Of a stretch of 64,000 nucleotides of DNA, positions 39,218 to 49,299 are shown piece after piece. How positions within the stretch are numbered: the stretch's first letter is position 1; every line of letters begins with the position of its first letter. A program made the position numbers and the translations under genes. Source of the stretch: Candidatus Obscuribacteraceae bacterium (GTDB taxonomy: Bacteria; Cyanobacteriota; Vampirovibrionia; Obscuribacterales; Obscuribacteraceae); contig JBGAHS010000004.1 in NCBI GenBank assembly GCA_044226015.1, positions 384,001 through 448,000 on the forward strand, written 5' to 3'. The notes beneath the pieces are model-generated. The model had not been told where the DNA came from and did not search any database. It worked only from the letters and a program-made list of their open reading frames with translations.

Positions 39218-40312
39218 ATGGCTAGTTCAGAGCTTATGGAGATTCTTCGCCAACATGCCGAACAGCAATTCGCAGAAGAATTAGCTGAGCTTGCAAAAAA
39301 CGATAAGCGACAGCGCCCGCCTAACTGGAAGCTTTCTCCACAGGCAGTGTCCACTTATATTCTAGGTGGAACGCTCGATAATGGTTTTGAAATTACTCCG
39401 AAGTATATAGGCAAATCACGAGTGGTTGAGATTGCTATCGCGACTCTCGCTACAGACCGTGCCTTGCTTCTGTTGGGAGTGCCCGGAACTGCTAAAACAT
39501 GGTTATCTGAGCACCTGGCTGCTGCCATCTCTGGAGACTCATCCTTGCTTGTGCAGGGGACTGCTGGAACGTCTGAGGAATCGGTGCGCTATGGTTGGAA
39601 CTATGCTCGGCTACTTTCGGAAGGTCCCAGTCTGAATGCGCTGGTGCCATCGCCAGTGATGCGCGGAATGAAGGAGGGCATGATTACTCGAATTGAGGAA
39701 TTGACCCGCATTCCAGCAGATGTGCAAGATTCATTTATTACTATTCTCTCTGAAAAGACACTTCCAATACCTGAGCTGAATGAACAGGTTCAAGCTGTGA
39801 AGGGTTTCAATGTTATTGCAACTGCCAACGACCGAGACCGCGGTGTGAATGAATTATCTAGCGCCCTGAAAAGGCGATTCAACACGGTTATATTGCCGGT
39901 TCCAGATACACTTGATGAAGAAGTCGAAATCGTTCGTCGCCGAGTTGAAGCGCTCGGGCGTGCTCTGGAAATTCCAGCGGAGGCACCAGCTCTGGAAGAG
40001 GTTCGCCGCCTGGTCACTATCTTCCGTGAGTTGCGAAATGGTATTACCCAAGACGGTAAGACGAAAGTTAAATCTCCCAGTGGAACAATGAGCACTGCTG
40101 AAGCCATCTCTGTCGTCACCAATGGGCTCTCACTTGCAGCTCACTTTGGCGATGGAAAGTTGCAAGCAAATGACCTGGCAGCTGGAGTCATAGGAGCAAT
40201 CGTGAAGGACCCTGTGCAAGATAGAGTCGTTCTAAAAGAATATCTTGAGACTGTGGTGAAAGAACGGCAAGACTGGAAAGATCTGTATCGTTCTTGTCGA
40301 GATTTAGCATAA
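39218..40312 (+). CDS. MoxR-family AAA+ ATPase (YehL subfamily)
   Basis: GVPGTAKT Walker A, RIEELTR Walker B, IATANDRDRGVNELSSALKRRF, YGWNYA. Confidence 0.93.
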   Translation: MASSELMEILRQHAEQQFAEELAELAKNDKRQRPPNWKLSPQAVSTYILGGTLDNGFEITPKYIGKSRVVEIAIATLATDRALLLLGVPGTAKTWLSEHLAAAISGDSSLLVQGTAGTSEESVRYGWNYARLLSEGPSLNALVPSPVMRGMKEGMITRIEELTRIPADVQDSFITILSEKTLPIPELNEQVQAVKGFNVIATANDRDRGVNELSSALKRRFNTVILPVPDTLDEEVEIVRRRVEALGRALEIPAEAPALEEVRRLVTIFRELRNGITQDGKTKVKSPSGTMSTAEAISVVTNGLSLAAHFGDGKLQANDLAAGVIGAIVKDPVQDRVVLKEYLETVVKERQDWKDLYRSCRDLA

Positions 40313-40322
40313 AGGTCTCGAC

Positions 40323-42851
40323 GTGGCTGCTGAGGATAGGGTCAATATTTTTGGAATCAGGCACCATGGGCCTGGTTCTGCCAGAAGTTTGCTTGCAAGT
40401 CTGAATAAGTTGCAACCCGATTGCATTTTGGTAGAGGGACCACCGGAAGCAAATGACCTTCTGCAGCATCTTGCAAATGCAAATTTGAAGCCACCTGTTT
40501 CATTGCTGATTTATGCAAGTGATGATTTGAAACGTGCTGTTTACTACCCCTTCGCAGTTTTTTCGCCTGAATGGCAGGCCCTCAAATTTGGCGTGAAAGC
40601 TGGCATTCCAGTTCGGTTTATGGATCTGCCAATGACTAATTGGTTTGGTCTAGACAAGCAAAAAGATGACGAATTAAAAAATAGCGAATCGCAAGCTGGG
40701 CTTGCTACTGATGATACCAAATCTGGTGGCGATATTGCAGCCAGCACTGATGCCAGAATAGGACTTGAAGATATAGAGAAGAGTGACATTACGGACGAGA
40801 GCGTGAACGAAAGCGACGCTATCGTAGAGGATAACTCGGCTGACGCAGGGGCTGACGAGACGGATGCTTCCGAGTCAGATGCTCCGGAGGCTGATGCTTC
40901 AAATCCGCAGCGAAATGAACTAAAGCGATTGAGGAAAGACCCGCTCGGTTATTTTGCAAGGCTTGCTGGCTATGAAGACAGTGAACGCTGGTGGGAAAAC
41001 CTTGTTGAGCACAGGCGGCAAGACCTTGATGTGTTTGATGCCATCGCAGAGGCAATGACTGCTTTGCGTACAGAACTCAAAGAAGATGAGCTAATAGGAA
41101 CTGACGTTGACCCCCTGCGTGAAGCACATATGCGTCAGATGATTCGCGCGGCTATTAAGGAAGGTTGTCAGCGCATTGCTGTGGTGTGTGGAGCGTGGCA
41201 TGTTCCTGCACTGAAGAAAATGCCCAGTGCAAAAGAAGATCAGTCGCTGCTGAAAGGGCTGGCTAAGATGAAAGTGCAAGCAACGTGGATTCCCTGGACG
41301 CATTCTCGACTTGCTTTCTCCAGTGGTTATGGTGCCGGCATTGAATCACCAGGTTGGTATCATCATCTTTGGACCTGCACGGAAAATGTCGTGGAAAAAT
41401 GGTTGATCACCGTAGCGCGACTTTTGCGCGCGGAAGATCTCGATGCGTCCTCCGCACACGTAATCGAGACAGTGAGACTTGCTGAAACCCTGGGCAGTAT
41501 GCGGGGGCTTCCGCTGCCAGGCCTGAATGAGATTTCTGAAGCCATCAAATCAGTGCTCTGCTTTGGAAGCGATGTTCCGATGCAGATCATCCACGAAAAA
41601 CTTGAAATTGGAACAATGATGGGCGAAGTTCCATCAGAGCTTCCCGGCACACCATTGCAGAAGAATGTAGAAGCTGAACAAAAGCGTTTGAGAATGCCTG
41701 CTCAAGCTGCTGAGAAAAATTACGATTTAGATTTGCGAAATGCTAACGACCTTTCTCGAAGTCACATGCTGCATCGTTTTCTCATTCTGAATATTGACTG
41801 GGGAAACAAGGTCGACGTCAGCGGTAAGAGCGGAAGCTTTCATGAATTCTGGGCTGTGCGATGGCTTCCAGAATATGCAATCAAATTGATTGAAGCCAGT
41901 GTCTGGGGAAAAACTCTCGCAGAAGCTGCAGCTGCGTTTGCTAAAAACGAAAGTGACAAGGTCGTTGAACTTTCGCAATTAATCCACATTCTCGACAAGG
42001 TTTTGCTTGCTGATCTGCCAGATGCTGTCGATCACGTAATGGATCGTGTGCAAACAGAAGCGGCTGTTGCTGTTGATGTGAAACATCTGATGGCGGCATT
42101 TCCTGCACTGGTTCAGGTCGCCAGATATGGCAACGTACGTAAGACTGACTTGCAATCGGTTAGCAAAATTCTCGATGGTCTGGTGAGTCGCATTTGTGTT
42201 GGACTCGCCCCAGCTTGTTCTGCTATTGATGCTGATGCTGCGGAGGAAATGTACGAACACTTAATGAAGGTCAATGCCTCCGTTGGTTTATTGCAGAATG
42301 CTGAGCACAATAAATTATGGATGGATACAATGCAATATATCGCTGACACCGAAAATATCAGTCCCCTTATAGCAGGGCGCGCCTGCCGCTTACTCTTCGA
42401 CAGACGGCTGATGGAAAGTGGCGAATCGGCTCGCAGGTTTGGACTGGCATTATCCACCGCTGGTGACCCTACTGATGGTGCCCTGTGGGCAGATGGATTC
42501 TTGCGAGGAAGCGGGGCTGTTTTGATTCACGACAGCGATTTGCTCGATGTTGTAGATCAATGGGTGCGTCAGCTTCAAGAAGAGAATTTCAAAGAGATTC
42601 TGCCGCTACTGCGCAGAACCTTTGCGACGTATGCTCCGCCTGAGCGCCGACAGATCGGAGAGCGTATTGCCAGAACTGCTGGGCGAGTCTCTTCCAACAA
42701 GTCTGGCTCAAGCACTAGCTTACTTTTGAACAAAGAGCGTGGGGAAAAGATTCTTCCTATTTTGGACAAGTTATTGGGACTTTCTCCGATTGAAAAAGTG
42801 TCGGACCCAAATACTGACTCTCAGCTGTCAATAATGAAGGACCTCTTATGA
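40323..42851 (+). CDS. DUF5682 family protein (YehM-like)
   Basis: FGIRHHGPGSA, LVEGP, YPFAVFSPEWQA, REAHM, VCGAWH, SGYGAG..SPGWY. Confidence 0.9.
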   Translation: MAAEDRVNIFGIRHHGPGSARSLLASLNKLQPDCILVEGPPEANDLLQHLANANLKPPVSLLIYASDDLKRAVYYPFAVFSPEWQALKFGVKAGIPVRFMDLPMTNWFGLDKQKDDELKNSESQAGLATDDTKSGGDIAASTDARIGLEDIEKSDITDESVNESDAIVEDNSADAGADETDASESDAPEADASNPQRNELKRLRKDPLGYFARLAGYEDSERWWENLVEHRRQDLDVFDAIAEAMTALRTELKEDELIGTDVDPLREAHMRQMIRAAIKEGCQRIAVVCGAWHVPALKKMPSAKEDQSLLKGLAKMKVQATWIPWTHSRLAFSSGYGAGIESPGWYHHLWTCTENVVEKWLITVARLLRAEDLDASSAHVIETVRLAETLGSMRGLPLPGLNEISEAIKSVLCFGSDVPMQIIHEKLEIGTMMGEVPSELPGTPLQKNVEAEQKRLRMPAQAAEKNYDLDLRNANDLSRSHMLHRFLILNIDWGNKVDVSGKSGSFHEFWAVRWLPEYAIKLIEASVWGKTLAEAAAAFAKNESDKVVELSQLIHILDKVLLADLPDAVDHVMDRVQTEAAVAVDVKHLMAAFPALVQVARYGNVRKTDLQSVSKILDGLVSRICVGLAPACSAIDADAAEEMYEHLMKVNASVGLLQNAEHNKLWMDTMQYIADTENISPLIAGRACRLLFDRRLMESGESARRFGLALSTAGDPTDGALWADGFLRGSGAVLIHDSDLLDVVDQWVRQLQEENFKEILPLLRRTFATYAPPERRQIGERIARTAGRVSSNKSGSSTSLLLNKERGEKILPILDKLLGLSPIEKVSDPNTDSQLSIMKDLL

Positions 42852-44035
42852 ACAATCCTGATGACGATGAGCGCGTTCGCCGCTGGCGACTTTTGCTTGG
42901 TGGCAATCAAAGCGATGGTACTGGATGCTCGTTGTCTGGCACAGATCTGAGCATGGATAATTGCCTCAGTGCTCTTTATGATGCTGAGCTTGAGGAAGAG
43001 CGAAAAGGCAAGTCACGAAAGTCGGGGCTTGGTGCTTCCGCACCAAACGTGGCTCGTTGGCTTGGTGACATTCGCACTTACTTTCCTGTTTCAGTGGTGC
43101 AGGTGATGCAAAAGGATGCTCTTGAGCGCTTGAACATTCAGCGCATGTTGCTTGAACCAGAGCTACTCGCGTCTGTAGAACCTGATGTGAATCTTGTGGC
43201 AACACTTATGACGCTCTCTCATGCAATGCCGAATAAGACAAAAGAAACCGCGCGGCTTGTGGTCAGGCGTGTTGTGGAAGATCTTCTAAAGCGTCTAGAA
43301 AACAAAACCAGGCAGGCCGTCATCGGTGCCATTAATCGCGCGAATAGAAATAACCGTCCTCGTCATAATGAGATCGATTGGAACCGAACCATTCGAGCCA
43401 ATCTGCGACATTATCAAAGAGATTTTCGCACCATTATTCCAGAGCGACGCATAGGGTATGGGCGCAAGCGCTCTTCAATGCAAGACATTATCTTGTGCGT
43501 AGACCAGAGTGGTTCAATGGCTACATCTGTGGTTTACTCAAGTATTTTTGCTGCGGTACTGTCCTCTATTCCTGCTTTGCGCACGTCTCTTGTTGTGTTT
43601 GATACTGCGGTTGTCGACCTGACTGAGAAGCTTCAAGATCCTGTAGAAGTCTTGTTCGGTGTTCAACTTGGTGGGGGCACCGATATCAATCGTGCATTGC
43701 AATATTGCAAGCAACTGGTTCGAGTTCCTTCTGAAACTGTGTTTGTTTTGATTAGTGATTTGTTTGAAGGCGGCAACAATGATGCAATGCTAAAGTGCAT
43801 GGCGTCTATGGTTCAGTCTGGAGTGAATGCAGTAGCTTTGTTGGCTTTGAACGATGATGGTGCTCCCTTGTATGACCACAACAATGCTGCTGCTTTTGCA
43901 GCTATGGATATTCCATCTTTTGCTTGCACGCCCGACCTCTTTCCGGAACTCATGGCTACAGCGTTAGCGAAACGGGATATGCATCAGTGGATTGCGGCAC
44001 AGGAATTGATTGTTTCGCGTGCTAAAGACAAGTAA
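42848..44035 (+). CDS. VWA domain protein (CoxE/YehP-like)
   Basis: RRWRLLLG, IDWNRTIRANL, MIDAS DQSGSM..GGGTDI..LISDL; ATGA overlap. Confidence 0.93.
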   Translation: MNNPDDDERVRRWRLLLGGNQSDGTGCSLSGTDLSMDNCLSALYDAELEEERKGKSRKSGLGASAPNVARWLGDIRTYFPVSVVQVMQKDALERLNIQRMLLEPELLASVEPDVNLVATLMTLSHAMPNKTKETARLVVRRVVEDLLKRLENKTRQAVIGAINRANRNNRPRHNEIDWNRTIRANLRHYQRDFRTIIPERRIGYGRKRSSMQDIILCVDQSGSMATSVVYSSIFAAVLSSIPALRTSLVVFDTAVVDLTEKLQDPVEVLFGVQLGGGTDINRALQYCKQLVRVPSETVFVLISDLFEGGNNDAMLKCMASMVQSGVNAVALLALNDDGAPLYDHNNAAAFAAMDIPSFACTPDLFPELMATALAKRDMHQWIAAQELIVSRAKDK

Positions 44036-44073
44036 TGCGGCGAGATCTTCTGAATCGCCGCATTTCTTCTTTT
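44034..44073. terminator. Terminator closing the SWIM-VWA operon
   Basis: AATGCGGCGA-11 nt-TCGCCGCATT then TCTTCTTTT. Confidence 0.7.
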
Positions 44074-44088
44074 GACTATTCAGTTGAT

Positions 44089-44988
44089 CTACCAGTGTTT
44101 CAAACGCGCTAAGTGCTCGTTAATACCTTTGACTAGCATATCTTTCTGCGCTGATTCTTTTACCTTGGCTAGAACTTCAAGAGCTGAGTTCAAGTTCTTC
44201 TTTGCCTTGCCAAAGTTGTTGACTGCAAAGTAGTTTGAACCAAGATTCGCATAGGCACTAGCGTACTGCATGATGATATTGTCTACGAACTCACGATTTG
44301 GCACCTTCGCATCTGGTGTCACTTTGTTGAACGATTCCATTCCTTGCTGGAAGTATTCGATTGCACGCTCGTTCCAAACAATTGCGCTATGCGAGTCACC
44401 AAGTATTTGTTGCGCCATTCCAATGTATGCACAAAGAGGAGCTAGATTCTGATCCTTTTTCTTTGTTGCATCATATTCTTGCGAGCCAAATGCAATGAGT
44501 TCTTTCCACTGTTGCTTGTTTGCCATCATAGCCATCTTGCCTTGAGATGCCCACGCAGTGCTTCCGGGGAAAAACTTTTTGTATTTTAGTGCGATGCTGC
44601 AGACCATTTCTTGCGCGTGAAATGCTTGAAGTTGACTAGCTAACATTGCCACGCCAGCGAATGATGCCCAAATAATTCCTCTGAGAACGAAGCCCAGCAC
44701 GACGGTTACAACTGTCAACCCGACCACTGTCAGCCAATCTACTGGTGAGTGCTTAAAAGCAGTGACGAATCCTTGCGACAGGAGGTAAGAAGAACCAACA
44801 AGAAGAACGACACCGAAGCTAAGCCCACCAATAAATATGGACTTGCACAGCTTGTCTTGCTTGCCAGGCTCCGCTGGAATTTCTGGCGGCTTAGGCATTT
44901 GAGTTTTTGGCATAACTTGTTTCTGCACTGTTTGGCGGCGGTAGTTCTGTACTTTAGGCATCGTCGGCAACCCCTGGGATACGAACAT
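44089..44988 (-). CDS. Membrane protein with C-terminal TPR-like repeats
   Basis: 2-3 TM helices; ASAYANLGSNYF..FGKAKKNLNSALEV. Confidence 0.75.
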   Translation of the reverse strand: MFVSQGLPTMPKVQNYRRQTVQKQVMPKTQMPKPPEIPAEPGKQDKLCKSIFIGGLSFGVVLLVGSSYLLSQGFVTAFKHSPVDWLTVVGLTVVTVVLGFVLRGIIWASFAGVAMLASQLQAFHAQEMVCSIALKYKKFFPGSTAWASQGKMAMMANKQQWKELIAFGSQEYDATKKKDQNLAPLCAYIGMAQQILGDSHSAIVWNERAIEYFQQGMESFNKVTPDAKVPNREFVDNIIMQYASAYANLGSNYFAVNNFGKAKKNLNSALEVLAKVKESAQKDMLVKGINEHLARLKHW

Positions 44989-45148
44989 AATCTTATCAAG
45001 AGAACCACTTGTGAACCCTTTTTCTCAACTCATAATTCTCAAAACTAAGACTGCGCAAGGACAGCTGACGTTAAGACTTGTTTCAGGCAATAGTCAGAAC
45101 TAACTTCCCCGTGAATCTCTTAAAAGTGCTTGGACGGTGCGTAGTAAC

Positions 45149-45844
45149 TTAGTGTCCTTCGATAGCCAGCAAATTTGGGGCAATGTTCAGCTTTGCTGGC
45201 GAATCCTGAAGTGCGTTGATGAGGAGGACTTTTTCTTCCTTACTTATTCCTGCGAGCCTTATTCGGAGAGTCTTTTTCTCTCCTGCTCGAATCACTATTT
45301 CTCCGGCTCCGGGAATCGCAGCGTGATTGACGTAATCGACCTCCAATATTTCATTCCAAAATGTCGTTTTTGACGCGCTGTTTAGTTTGATTCCTTCTCC
45401 GTTCAAGATGACTTTTGAAGCAGTTCGTGATGCAAAAAATAGAGTACACAGAAGAAGCAGCACTGAAAGCGCAACGCTACCAAAACCCAACCATTCTACT
45501 GCCTGGTGACTGGTGGCTACGATTGTTTTGATTATGGGATAAGTAGTGTTGCCTTGAACCCAAGCTGGACCTACAGTTTGGGTCGCACTCGTAATAGGGT
45601 ATGCTTCAATCTCTGCTTTGACGAACGAGTATTTTTCTGGAAGTTTGAGATCGCTCAAATTCCATCCGTCCTGTGAGCGCAGAATCTCGGCTATCTCTCT
45701 GTTCGGCGTTATCACTTGAAGGTAGCAATAAAGTGCAGCAAGAATTGAAAGTGCAACAATTAACCAGTGCTGTCCGTTTCTCGGACTGGGCGCATGCGGA
45801 TTGTAATTGACAATAATTTGTTTGTCGTTCGTCATCAAGTTCAC
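45149..45844 (-). CDS. Hypothetical membrane protein (possible bacterial PH-like C-terminus)
   Basis: Two TM helices; VILNGEGI..TFWNEILEV pattern. Confidence 0.65.
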   Translation of the reverse strand: MNLMTNDKQIIVNYNPHAPSPRNGQHWLIVALSILAALYCYLQVITPNREIAEILRSQDGWNLSDLKLPEKYSFVKAEIEAYPITSATQTVGPAWVQGNTTYPIIKTIVATSHQAVEWLGFGSVALSVLLLLCTLFFASRTASKVILNGEGIKLNSASKTTFWNEILEVDYVNHAAIPGAGEIVIRAGEKKTLRIRLAGISKEEKVLLINALQDSPAKLNIAPNLLAIEGH

Positions 45845-46143
45845 CGGCTATTAGAGTCAATGGTATCACTCGCTTGCAGGAAGTTCATCGCGCAGAAGTC
45901 AGGGAAACTTCTGCGGCTTGTAAAGCTGCGTGGATCTCTTAAGTGTAGCTAAGAAAGTAAAGAATCGGCTCCTTATCAATGCGGGGCGAGAAGCTTTCTT
46001 ATGCATCCGTAAATCGGTGGATGTCAGTATCTCTTTGCCACTATTAAATTGAACAAAAAACAAATACTATTTCTATGTATCCCATACTGACCGCTTGGAA
46101 ACATCGTAGTTCCGCGGAGTCCAAGGTTCACGAAAGGAGACGT

Positions 46144-46911
46144 ATGAATACTCGTAACAAGGCTATCGTCGCACTGGGTCTCATGGCTGGTCTCTCGCAA
46201 TGTCCGATTGCAAGTGCTCAGGCTGTCGACCCGGTGACTGCCATTGCTTACAGGCTTGCACCTATGGCTCTGCCACTTGCTGCAAGTGTGATATCAGCTG
46301 CGGTACCAGTGGTAGCGAATACAACCTTATTCGGCGCGCGGGCATTTGCTCTGACGGTGCGTGCTGGCTCACTTTTACCAGCATATGCCAAAGAGCGAAT
46401 GGGCGAAATTCCAAGACCTCACTTGTTTCACAGAGACCCAGAGGCGCCAGCTCCTAAGGTCGCCTATGTGCCAAAGGGTAAAGTCTCTGACGACAATCCT
46501 TCCAAGGACATTCCATCCGAAGCGAGTGCAGTTGCCGACCCATCCTGGTCTACTAAACTTACCGATGTCTCGCCTGCCAATGCCGAAACAGAGTTTGCTA
46601 AGAGTAGCGTAAGTGCTGTTGTACAAACTGAACAGGGACAAGCTCTAACAGAGACAACGTCTGCTGCTGGTACCGTAGATGGTTCCACTATTCAGGAAGC
46701 ATTCGCTGAGCCAGGTCCGGCTCTTCGGGGTGTACCGGAATCTGCTGAGACAGCAGAGCCTGCAGCAAAAGCCACTGTTGAACCAGCTCAGGTGGAACGC
46801 GTGCAGGTTCGGGTAAACAAGAAAGAGCCTAGCTATTCCTCGGCAGATGTACCAGTGGTGATGCACAAGGCTAAATCGGATGGTCACGGCGGCTGGTTGC
46901 GCGCTGACTAG
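46144..46911 (+). CDS. Exported hypothetical protein, Ala/Pro/Glu-rich
   Basis: AAAGGAGA RBS before ATG 46144; signal peptide. Confidence 0.7.
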   Translation: MNTRNKAIVALGLMAGLSQCPIASAQAVDPVTAIAYRLAPMALPLAASVISAAVPVVANTTLFGARAFALTVRAGSLLPAYAKERMGEIPRPHLFHRDPEAPAPKVAYVPKGKVSDDNPSKDIPSEASAVADPSWSTKLTDVSPANAETEFAKSSVSAVVQTEQGQALTETTSAAGTVDGSTIQEAFAEPGPALRGVPESAETAEPAAKATVEPAQVERVQVRVNKKEPSYSSADVPVVMHKAKSDGHGGWLRAD

Positions 46912-49106
46912 TTTTTGATATTCATCGCCTTTTTGAGAAATGCCCATTTGCTGGCATATTCTTCGATTTGTTGTGTACGTGCTTTTTCGAATCCATGCCC
47001 TCCATCACCGGCATGCCCTGCTCTTGCACCAACATAGAGAAGCACTGCATTCTTTTCGTTTGCCTGAGCGCGTTGTGCGGCAGCAGTGAACTTAAAGCTA
47101 TGGGAGGGAATGACTCTATCGTCATTTGCTTCTGTCATTGTCAGAACCGCAGGCAGTCCAACGCCTCGCTTGAGATTATGCAATGGCGAGTACTTTAGAA
47201 AATTCTGGAAGTCTTTTGGATTTGAAGGATAGCCGTATTCCTGCTGCCAACTTGCGCCTGGTCCAATTTGAGGGAAGCGCAGCATGTCGAATAGTCCAAC
47301 TTCAGGAATCGCAGCCGCGAACATGTCCGGACGCTGTACGAGAGTTGCTCCGACTAGCAGTCCACCATTGCTGCGTCCGCCGATAGATAACTTGCTTCCG
47401 TTTGTGTATTTGTTATCGATTAAGTACTGCGCGGAAGAGATGTAGTCATCAAATACATTTTGTTTGTTTACGCCCGTTCCACCTTGATGCCATTTCTCGC
47501 CGTATTCTGCACCTCCACGCAGGTTTGAAACCACCAATATGCCACCATCTTGCAGCCATGGAATGTTACCGTTGTCGAACACCGGAGTTCTATTTATTCC
47601 AAACCCGCCATATCCGTGTAGGTAAGCAGGGTTCTTTCCGTCTAATTCCAAACCTTTCTTATGAACTATGAAAAGATGCACGGGGGTGCCATCTTTGCTT
47701 TTACAGACCTTCTCTTCCGTGACGAAATCATTAGGGTTAAAGGATGTAGGTTTTGATTGAAATTCAGTGTGAGTATTCCCAGTGGATGCATCGCATTTAA
47801 TCACCATATTTGGTGTCGTGAAGTTTGAATAGGTAAAGAAAAAATCCTTATCTTTGTCGGAACCATTTATGCTTCGTACACTGCCTCTCCCTGGGAGATC
47901 GATGTTTTTGATTAGCTTTCCATCAGTGTCGAAGAGTTTCAATTCGCTGCAGGCATCGTTAAGATAGTGAGCAAGAATTTTTCCGCCGACCATTTTTGTT
48001 TCGAGCAGTAGATCCTTTGTTTCTGGAATAATGTCTTTTGACTCGCCAGTCTTTTCGTCAACCAGAACAATTTTATTGTTCTGTGCATTTTTATTGCTCA
48101 TCAATAAGGTGCCGCTGTCAATGTTTGCAAGTACTTCAGGGTGAGAGCCTATGGAAACACTCGGTTCTCTTTTTTCAAATGAAACACCCTTCGGTAGCTT
48201 TGTTGTTTCCTTCTGCGCTTGAATGTCATAAATGACTGTTCGTGTTTTGTCTTGTCCGCAGTCAGCATAGTTAAACTTCGCGAAGTTACCGTCATTTGAA
48301 ATCGTGACGTTGCGCACAATGCCGTGCCCGTCTGCACTGAGTTTGCTTGGGGCGAGAATCGTTCGGGGCTTGTCTCCCAAATTGTCCATCACACAGAGTT
48401 CAGGCTGCTCTTTCTTTCCATCTTGCTTCCACACATAATATTTGTCGCCCTGCTTCCACATATCGCAACGCTGCTCGTAGTCATAAACCTTTTCGAGGCG
48501 CTGCAGCAAATCCGCACGTTGTGGAATGCCCGCAAGATATCGCTCTGTTAAGTCTGTTTGCTTTTTTACCCAGTCTTTTGTTTCTTTTGAATCGGTTTTT
48601 TCCAACCACTGGTAAGGGTCAGCAATCTTGCTTTTGCCATAGCTGTCCTCATAATCGAATCGTTTTGATTCAGGGTAGGTTTCCTCTTTTCCATTGATTT
48701 GAAGCTTGGGCAGTGGACCATTATCAGGAATCTCTTGCGGAATCTTAACAGGCTTTTTGTCCGCTCCATCATTCGGCTTGTTTTTGCGTTCGGGATTGGT
48801 CTTGTCTGTCTTATCTTTCTCGTCCTGCGGGGTCTCATGCCTGTTCGGCTTCGATCTCAGTCTGTCGAAAAATCTGTCTAAGTTTATGAAATTGAGCTGG
48901 GAATCATTAGCCCGACGGTGGCAATCAGTTGTTCTTACGCTTCTAGGAAATCCGCTTAAAGACTCACCTTTATTTACGGGAGCTGCAATGTCGAGGAAGC
49001 TGAGTTGATCGCCCTTGGGATTAGCAGCAAAAAACTCTGTTAGAAGCTTCTCTTCCGCAGAAATGGAATCAGATTTGCTTAAATTCTCAGCAGGAGGCAC
49101 AGTCAA
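46908..49106 (-). CDS. Prolyl oligopeptidase (S9A) family serine peptidase
   Basis: DPYQWLE, SKDGTPV, GYGGF, RGGAEYGEKWH, GRSNGGLL (Ser), DDRV (Asp), AGH (His). Confidence 0.93.
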   Translation of the reverse strand: MTVPPAENLSKSDSISAEEKLLTEFFAANPKGDQLSFLDIAAPVNKGESLSGFPRSVRTTDCHRRANDSQLNFINLDRFFDRLRSKPNRHETPQDEKDKTDKTNPERKNKPNDGADKKPVKIPQEIPDNGPLPKLQINGKEETYPESKRFDYEDSYGKSKIADPYQWLEKTDSKETKDWVKKQTDLTERYLAGIPQRADLLQRLEKVYDYEQRCDMWKQGDKYYVWKQDGKKEQPELCVMDNLGDKPRTILAPSKLSADGHGIVRNVTISNDGNFAKFNYADCGQDKTRTVIYDIQAQKETTKLPKGVSFEKREPSVSIGSHPEVLANIDSGTLLMSNKNAQNNKIVLVDEKTGESKDIIPETKDLLLETKMVGGKILAHYLNDACSELKLFDTDGKLIKNIDLPGRGSVRSINGSDKDKDFFFTYSNFTTPNMVIKCDASTGNTHTEFQSKPTSFNPNDFVTEEKVCKSKDGTPVHLFIVHKKGLELDGKNPAYLHGYGGFGINRTPVFDNGNIPWLQDGGILVVSNLRGGAEYGEKWHQGGTGVNKQNVFDDYISSAQYLIDNKYTNGSKLSIGGRSNGGLLVGATLVQRPDMFAAAIPEVGLFDMLRFPQIGPGASWQQEYGYPSNPKDFQNFLKYSPLHNLKRGVGLPAVLTMTEANDDRVIPSHSFKFTAAAQRAQANEKNAVLLYVGARAGHAGDGGHGFEKARTQQIEEYASKWAFLKKAMNIKN

Positions 49107-49299
49107 TCCCTATTGACCAGCCGCCGAACCACACCCTATTAGTAGCTGAACTTTGTGGAATTTTCGTTTATTCAGTGCTGTCGGGCATCCAAAGACTTGT
49201 ATGCAAGTTAATCTTTCTGATTGGTCGCCCAGATAACTTGTGATGCTTCGAGATGCTGATGCTTGAGTGTAAAATAGCGTTGGCGTTGAGATTGAAGAA

